Sequence record: PZ049712.1
Length of the DNA: 3,063 bases
Reading direction: 5' to 3' (one strand)
DNA from: a phage
Below, piece by piece: positions 1 to 3,063 of the stretch (the stretch's first letter is position 1; each line of letters begins with the position of its first letter). Both the position numbers and the translations under genes were made by a program. Below the pieces are notes generated by a model, which made no database searches, was not told the origin of the DNA, and worked only from the letters and a program-made list of their open reading frames with translations.

Positions 1-1708
1 GCCGCACCGCCTCGATTCCAACCGTCGTGATGCGCCCTTGCAGTTGCTCGCGAACGATTAGCCGCACTGATCCGGCCATCAATTCGTCCCCCTGACGAGC
101 GCTGCCATCGAGTGCCTCCTTTATCAACTGATCCAGGGGTTGCCCCTTTTCCGCTGCCAGGTCGATACCGTAGGAATTCCACACATCTTCAACCTTGGTG
201 CTGCCCTTGAGCCGGAGTTCAAGGTTTGGCAGATCGGTTCTTGACGCTTCTACCGCCTGGGAAAAAACGCAGTCAACGAAAGGCTGATTGTTTGGCTTGA
301 GGACGACAAACAGATGATCACCGGCTTCAAGCCTGGTCGACCCTCGAGGCGGTATGACGGCCGACCCTCGCGTGATCATCGCCACGACTACGCCTTCGGG
401 CAACGCCATCTGCGAGAGCAAACGGCCGGCGGCTCTCGCATCGTTACCGAGCGTGTATTCGACGATTTCCGCGTCGACATCGTGCAGTGACGAGATTTCG
501 AGAGTCGCGGCGGGCGTCGCTGGTGGCTTCTCCGTCAGCCCCAGCTTGCGCGCGACGAGCGGGAGCGTAGAGCCCTGCACCGTCGCCGATAGCAGAACTA
601 CGAAGAACACAACATTGAAGATCAGGGGCGCATTAGGCAGTCCGAAAAGCAACGGGAAGATTGCCAGGATGATCGGCACCGAACCACGTAGGCCTACCCA
701 GGAAACGAGTGCCGTCTCCCTGAGATTGAAGCCAAAAAGCGCAAGCATTGGTGCGACGGCCAGCGGCCTGGCCAGCAACACCAGGACCAGTGCAATCACC
801 AACCCCTCGACCCACACATCGAGCAGCGAAACCGGATCGACGAGCAGGCCGAGGACTACGAACATGGTGATCTGGCTAAGCCATGCCAGGCCATCCATGA
901 ACAGGAAGGTGCTGCGCTGGAAAACGAATTTCTGGTTTCCGATCATCACGCCAGCGACGAAGATCGCCAGAAATCCGCTGCCGCCCAGATTCGCGGATAC
1001 TCCATAGGCGAGCAATCCGCCGGCCGCAACAAGCACCGGATACAAGCCGGTCGCGACCAGTTTTATCCTGCTCAGCAACCTGAGTATCGACCATCCGACA
1101 CCAAGCCCGACCAGCGCACCTATCCCCATCTGCATCAAAAACATCTGAAGCAGACCCCAGCCAAGCGGCATGCTGTTAACCAGCACCTCCAACAAGCCCA
1201 CCGTCAGAAAGATGGCCATGGGGTCGTTGGACGCGCTTTCAATCTCCAGCACCGACTTGAGCCGCTGATTGATGTGAATTCCGGCGTTTCGCAAGAGAGA
1301 AAATACGGCTGCAGCATCGGTCGAGCCGATGATCGCACCCAGCAACATGCCTTCCAGAACTGGAAGCTCAAGCATCCAGGCAGCTGCGAGCCCCGCGATT
1401 GCGGCCGTTGCGAGTACCCCAACTGTTGCCAGCAGAGACGCTGGCTTCCAAACCTTCCTTATGGACGAAACGGGCGTTTGCAGGCCGCCGTCAAAAAGGA
1501 TAAGCGCCAAAGCCAGGGTGCCGAGGGCATGCGCGGCAACGGCATTATCAAAAACGATCCCGCCGATACCGTTCTCACCTGCAAGCATGCCGGTGATCAG
1601 GAACAACACGAGCACCGGCAGCCCCAGACGGGCCGACAGTTTGCTGGAGAGCACACCGAACAGGATCAGTACTGCTGCCAGCAGCAATAGCTTGTCAATT
1701 GCAAACAC
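1..1708 (-). CDS. nhaP2: K+/H+ (monovalent cation:proton) antiporter, CPA1 family NhaP2/CvrA type, with C-terminal RCK_C (TrkA-C) domain; partial, 3' end beyond the window edge (569 codons present, no stop)
   Basis: Reverse-strand hand translation with codons starting at 1708, 1705, ... is open all the way to position 2. An in-frame TAA (plus 1718..1720) lies immediately upstream, so GTG at 1708..1706 is the first possible start. Product begins VFAIDKLLLLAAVLILFGVLSSKLSARLGLPVLVLFLITGMLAGENGIGGIVFDNAVAAHALGTLALALILFDGGLQTP, which closely parallels the E. coli NhaP2 N-terminus as I recall it. About 390 aa are hydrophobic multi-helix sequence (e.g. LIFNVVFFVVLLSATVQG), followed by a soluble segment LEISSLHDVDAEIVEYTLGNDARAAGRLLSQMALPEGVVVAMITRGSAVIPPRGSTRLEAGDHLFVVLKP typical of RCK_C. 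The plus-strand track ORFs here (354..1007, 1274..1690, 1329..1721) are Ser/Thr/Ala/Arg-rich antisense shadows. Family assignment is from memory, not a search. Confidence 0.85.
   Translation of the reverse strand, partial: MFAIDKLLLLAAVLILFGVLSSKLSARLGLPVLVLFLITGMLAGENGIGGIVFDNAVAAHALGTLALALILFDGGLQTPVSSIRKVWKPASLLATVGVLATAAIAGLAAAWMLELPVLEGMLLGAIIGSTDAAAVFSLLRNAGIHINQRLKSVLEIESASNDPMAIFLTVGLLEVLVNSMPLGWGLLQMFLMQMGIGALVGLGVGWSILRLLSRIKLVATGLYPVLVAAGGLLAYGVSANLGGSGFLAIFVAGVMIGNQKFVFQRSTFLFMDGLAWLSQITMFVVLGLLVDPVSLLDVWVEGLVIALVLVLLARPLAVAPMLALFGFNLRETALVSWVGLRGSVPIILAIFPLLFGLPNAPLIFNVVFFVVLLSATVQGSTLPLVARKLGLTEKPPATPAATLEISSLHDVDAEIVEYTLGNDARAAGRLLSQMALPEGVVVAMITRGSAVIPPRGSTRLEAGDHLFVVLKPNNQPFVDCVFSQAVEASRTDLPNLELRLKGSTKVEDVWNSYGIDLAAEKGQPLDQLIKEALDGSARQGDELMAGSVRLIVREQLQGRITTVGIEAVR
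270..510 (-). other. Segment of nhaP2 encoding the cytoplasmic RCK_C/TrkA-C regulatory domain (approx. residues 400-480)
   Basis: Translated residues about 400-480 (LEISSLHDVDAEIVEYTLGNDARAAGRLLSQMALPEGVVVAMITRGSAVIPPRGSTRLEAGDHLFVVLKPNNQ) follow the membrane domain and have the small mixed alpha/beta pattern of RCK_C domains, including the recurrent G-D-x-L-x-V motif context. Boundaries are approximate. Confidence 0.6.
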
Positions 1709-1714
1709 CGAAGG

Positions 1715-1719
1715 TCCTT
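1715..1719 (-). promoter_or_regulatory. Shine-Dalgarno (AAGGA) for nhaP2, 6-nt spacer to GTG start at 1708
   Basis: Minus-strand sequence reads ...TTAAGGACCTTCG GTG; AAGGA is the reverse complement of plus 1715..1719, the spacer CCTTCG is 1714..1709, and GTG is 1708..1706. Confidence 0.55.
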
Positions 1720-1818
1720 AATTATCTATGCACCGCATTTCTCGCGAGCAGACGCAACGTCGTGATAAGCCGGCGAGCCGACCACACCGCCGGATCAGGT
1801 CAGTTGTAGCTCAGGAGT

Positions 1819-1839
1819 AAAAAGCGCTCATTTTGAGCG
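1819..1839 (-). terminator. Weak intrinsic-terminator-like motif on the minus strand (5-6 bp stem, then C + T5)
   Basis: Minus-strand reading: CGCTC-AAAAT-GAGCG followed by CTTTTT. Stem is plus 1825..1829 pairing with 1835..1839; the T-run is the complement of plus A1819..A1823. The stem is short, so this is low confidence. It would stop minus-strand transcripts arriving from the pgpA side before they enter the nhaP2 promoter/leader. Confidence 0.2.
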
Positions 1840-1908
1840 ATGTTCGATACCTAGCGGTCGAATCGATTTCATGCCAGATGTTGCGAGGCCTTTCTCGCGC
1901 AATGCCAA

Positions 1909-2400
1909 ATGGTCACCCTAGAGGTTCGACAATTGATCTTTGAGCAAGTCGTTTTATTGATTGCCACTGGTTTCGGGCTGGGGTCTTTACCCTGGGTGCC
2001 TGGAACCTTCGGATCACTGCTGGGGATACCACTGGCGTGGTGGCTCTGGGGGCAGGCGCTGACAAGGCAACTGCTGGTCATCACCGCGCTGCTGGCGGTC
2101 GGCGTTCCGCTGTGTCACTGGGCCTCGCGTTGGCTTGGAGGCGGTGATGCCGCGCAGATCGTTGCCGACGAGTACTTCGCCTTTCCACTGGTTTTTTTGG
2201 GAGTGGCCACAACCCATCGATGGTGGCTACTAGGTGCGGGATTCGCACTGTATAGGCTTTTCGATATCACCAAACCGCCCCCCATTGATTTCGTCGAAAC
2301 CATTGGTGGTGGCTTGGGTATCGTTTTTGATGACGTGCTGGCCGCGCTATTGGCTTGGCTCGTTCTGCGTGGGACACAAGCAGTTTGGAGACGCCCGTAG
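1909..2400 (+). CDS. pgpA: Phosphatidylglycerophosphatase A (PgpA), complete
   Basis: Track ORF 1909..2400 (163 aa). It carries PgpA family signatures: LLIATGFGLGSLPWVPGTFGSL (the G-x-G-x-x-P-x-x-P-G-T-x-G-S motif), QIVADEYFAFPL, FALYRLFDITKPPPIDF and GGGLGIVFDDVLAALLAWLVL, which parallel E. coli PgpA segments AVGFGSGLSPIVPGTMGSL, FVIFRILDMWKPWPI and HGGMGIMIDDIVAG (recalled from memory). Stop TAG at 2398..2400. The start is ambiguous between ATG 1909 (no obvious SD) and in-frame TTG 1933, which is preceded by GAGGT at 1921..1925. Confidence 0.88.
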   Translation: MVTLEVRQLIFEQVVLLIATGFGLGSLPWVPGTFGSLLGIPLAWWLWGQALTRQLLVITALLAVGVPLCHWASRWLGGGDAAQIVADEYFAFPLVFLGVATTHRWWLLGAGFALYRLFDITKPPPIDFVETIGGGLGIVFDDVLAALLAWLVLRGTQAVWRRP

Positions 2401-2588
2401 CTCCAGCTCAAAGTCACCCCTACCGACAGTGATTCTAGGCCCAGTCACTCCGCTGCTGTCTGAAACGTTGCATAGGCCAAGATGCTCTCGGCTACAGGTC
2501 GACACCTCGTGTGCTGCTTTCTAGGACGACCCACTGGTCGGCTGTCATGAAACAGGTCCAACCTGCATCAGGTCAGTGTATACCGGTA

Positions 2589-2605
2589 GCGGCCGGTCGG
2601 GCCGC
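2589..2605 (+). other. Stable all-GC hairpin (6-bp stem, 5-nt loop) in the presumed ORF3 leader, 10 nt upstream of the SD
   Basis: GCGGCC-GGTCG-GGCCGC: 2589..2594 pairs with 2600..2605 as six G:C pairs, loop 2595..2599. No T-tract follows (next bases aggctctctggag), so it is not a canonical rho-independent terminator. Confidence 0.35.
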
Positions 2606-2614
2606 AGGCTCTCT

Positions 2615-2618
2615 GGAG
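2615..2618 (+). promoter_or_regulatory. Shine-Dalgarno (GGAG) for ORF3, 6-nt spacer to ATG 2625
   Basis: Sequence ...ctctGGAGatttcgATGtcg; GGAG is at 2615..2618 and ATG at 2625..2627. Confidence 0.55.
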
Positions 2619-2624
2619 ATTTCG

Positions 2625-3063
2625 ATGTCGAAAAAGGCACTGACCCCGCCCTCTGCGGCCTTGCATTTCAATCCATTACGCGTGCAACTCGAACGGCTAC
2701 GTAACGAGATGACGAGCGACGCCTGCCTGGCATCGCTGAAAAATATCCAGGTTCATGAGTGCTACAGGCAAAGCGCCGAGAACCTGCTGCAGTACCTATG
2801 TCTTCGTCGCCATGACCTGCGCGAGTTACAAGCGCAGCTTGCCGAGATCGGTTTGTCGTCCTTGGGCCGCGCCGAGGCGGCAATACTCGCAGCTGTGACA
2901 TCGGTGATGGGCGTGTTGCAGCGGCTCGAAGAGCCGAATACCCAAGAGCCCAAGGCCCCTGAGCGTGGTCTCCACGAGGGTGAGCGTCTATTGGCGGCTC
3001 ACGCCGACGCGCTGTTTGGAAAGGCCCGTGGCACGCGCTCGATTCGAATCATGGTGACCCTTC
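2625..3063 (+). CDS. Hypothetical protein, 5' partial ORF (146 codons in window, runs off the right edge); uncharacterised N-terminal region ending in a pyruvate-kinase-like beta-strand motif (TRSIRIMVTL). Possible PK-family enzyme with an N-terminal extension; unconfirmed
   Basis: Open frame from ATG 2625 to the window end, absent from the track because it has no stop in the window. GGAG at 2615..2618 sits 6 nt before ATG 2625. Translation: MSKKALTPPSAALHFNPLRVQLERLRNEMTSDACLASLKNIQVHECYRQSAENLLQYLCLRRHDLRELQAQLAEIGLSSLGRAEAAILAAVTSVMGVLQRLEEPNTQEPKAPERGLHEGERLLAAHADALFGKARGTRSIRIMVTL. Codon third positions are GC-biased like the neighbouring genes. The antisense track ORFs 2668..2901 and 2762..2953 are Arg-rich shadows. 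The final RIMVTL resembles the KIVCTLGP strand that opens pyruvate kinase barrels, but that is only about 6 residues of similarity. An in-frame upstream ATG at 2547 has no SD and would add a low-complexity Ala/Gly-rich 26-aa extension. Confidence 0.6.
   Translation, partial: MSKKALTPPSAALHFNPLRVQLERLRNEMTSDACLASLKNIQVHECYRQSAENLLQYLCLRRHDLRELQAQLAEIGLSSLGRAEAAILAAVTSVMGVLQRLEEPNTQEPKAPERGLHEGERLLAAHADALFGKARGTRSIRIMVTL

Larger units (their letters stand above)
1709..1908. promoter_or_regulatory. Divergent intergenic control region between nhaP2 (minus) and pgpA (plus); must carry both promoters, but no convincing sigma70 -35/-10 pair could be placed by eye
   Basis: 200 bp between the two divergently oriented start codons. 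Contains a palindrome CTCGCGAG (1741..1748), an imperfect palindrome around AGCGCT (1823..1828) flanked by A5 and T4 runs, a direct repeat GCnTTTCTCGCG (1735..1746 and 1888..1899) and small hairpins. A GATAAT -10-like hexamer on the minus strand (plus 1721..1726) lies too close to the SD to be a plausible -10. Confidence 0.45.

Noticed and set aside
633-1422. Minus-strand track ORFs 633..815, 876..1094 and 1204..1422
   Set aside because: Same strand as nhaP2 but in the two other frames (codon starts at 815 and 1094 are frame 2, 1422 is frame 0, whereas nhaP2 codons start at positions congruent to 1 mod 3). The products are Arg/Gly/Trp-rich nonsense, fully embedded in the antiporter gene.
354-1721. 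Plus-strand track ORFs 354..1007 (217 aa), 1274..1690 (138 aa) and 1329..1721 (130 aa)
   Set aside because: They lie antisense to the nhaP2 reading frame. Their translations are low-complexity Ser/Thr/Ala/Arg/Pro-rich strings typical of shadow ORFs on the opposite strand of a GC-rich gene, with no SD and no recognisable motifs.
1721-1728. TAGATAAT / GATAAT on the minus strand as the nhaP2 -10 element
   Set aside because: It is a good hexamer match, but it sits only about 2 nt upstream of the SD, so the transcript would start inside or after the SD; there is also no -35-like hexamer at 16-18 bp spacing. Not a plausible promoter for the GTG 1708 start.
1806-1866. tRNA-like sequence fragments in the divergent region: GTAGCTCAGG (1806..1815, D-arm-like), GTTCGAT (1842..1848) and GGTCGAATCGA (1856..1866, T-loop-like)
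   Set aside because: I could not fold a cloverleaf: there is no matching 3' half of the D-stem at the right distance, the candidate anticodon hairpin (1825..1839) has a 5-nt loop with no U33 position, the T-stem pairing fails (only 3 of 5 pairs), and there is no acceptor stem. Most likely a chance resemblance, or at most a highly decayed remnant. A tRNAscan-SE or Infernal run would settle it.
1869-2524. Track ORFs overlapping pgpA: minus 1869..2084, 2014..2217, 2115..2417 and plus 2234..2524
   Set aside because: Out-of-frame or antisense overlaps of the well-supported pgpA frame. They have low-complexity Pro/Ser/Arg-rich translations and no RBS; 2234..2524 continues into the spacer but has no coding signature.
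2482-2550. Small upstream ORF (22 codons, MLSATGRHLVCCFLGRPTGRLS) as a possible leader peptide
   Set aside because: Only a weak AGG precedes it, it has no regulatory codon pattern (no runs of a specific amino acid), and short ORFs of this size are expected by chance in a 224-bp spacer.
2541-2559. Full Pho box (two CTGTCAT half-sites with a 4-nt spacer) at CTGTCATGAAACAGGTCC
   Set aside because: Only the first half-site is a perfect match; the second (CAGGTCC) matches the consensus at about 2 of 7 positions. It is kept only as a half-site remark inside the direct-repeat finding.
2547-2624. In-frame upstream ATG at 2547 as the ORF3 start (26-aa N-terminal extension MKQVQPASGQCIPVAAGRAAGSLEIS)
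   Set aside because: No SD precedes it, the extension is Ala/Gly-rich and low in complexity, and it would make the strong GC hairpin and the GGAG part of the coding sequence. ATG 2625 with GGAG at the ideal spacing is preferred, though not proven.
2668-2953. Minus-strand track ORFs 2668..2901 and 2762..2953
   Set aside because: Antisense to the plus-strand ORF3 frame, which has an SD and a protein-like composition. Their translations are Arg/Ser-rich (RRGPRTTNRSRQ..., WRRRHRYCSRF...), typical of antisense shadows.
1-3063. Mobile elements, CRISPR arrays, integrase/att sites, toxin-antitoxin or defence-system signatures
   Set aside because: There are no long terminal inverted repeats, no regularly spaced direct repeats of 25-40 bp, no transposase-like or integrase-like ORFs and no abrupt composition shift. 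The three genes have similar GC-rich codon usage consistent with native core genome.

Overview
GC-rich bacterial chromosomal segment with three protein-coding genes and two intergenic spacers; it reads as ordinary housekeeping DNA, and I found no tRNA, rRNA, CRISPR array, IS element or defence-type system. (1) Minus strand 1..1708: the first 569 codons of an NhaP2/CvrA-type K+/H+ antiporter (membrane exchanger domain plus C-terminal RCK_C/TrkA-C domain), with its 3' end beyond the left edge. The six-frame track omits it because it has a GTG start and no stop inside the window. (2) Plus strand 1909..2400: phosphatidylglycerophosphatase A (pgpA), complete, transcribed divergently from nhaP2 across a 200-bp control region. 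(3) Plus strand 2625..3063: the 5' part of an ORF with a good Shine-Dalgarno, encoding an uncharacterised roughly 140-aa N-terminal region that ends in a pyruvate-kinase-like strand (RIMVTL); its function is unresolved. All ORFs listed in the supplied track are antisense or out-of-frame shadows of these three genes. The items worth a second look are the unassigned N-terminal domain of ORF3, an 11-nt motif (ATCAGGTCAGT) present once in each intergenic spacer, short direct repeats in both spacers, and a strong all-GC hairpin just upstream of the ORF3 ribosome-binding site. All calls rest on hand translation and recalled family signatures; no database search was run.
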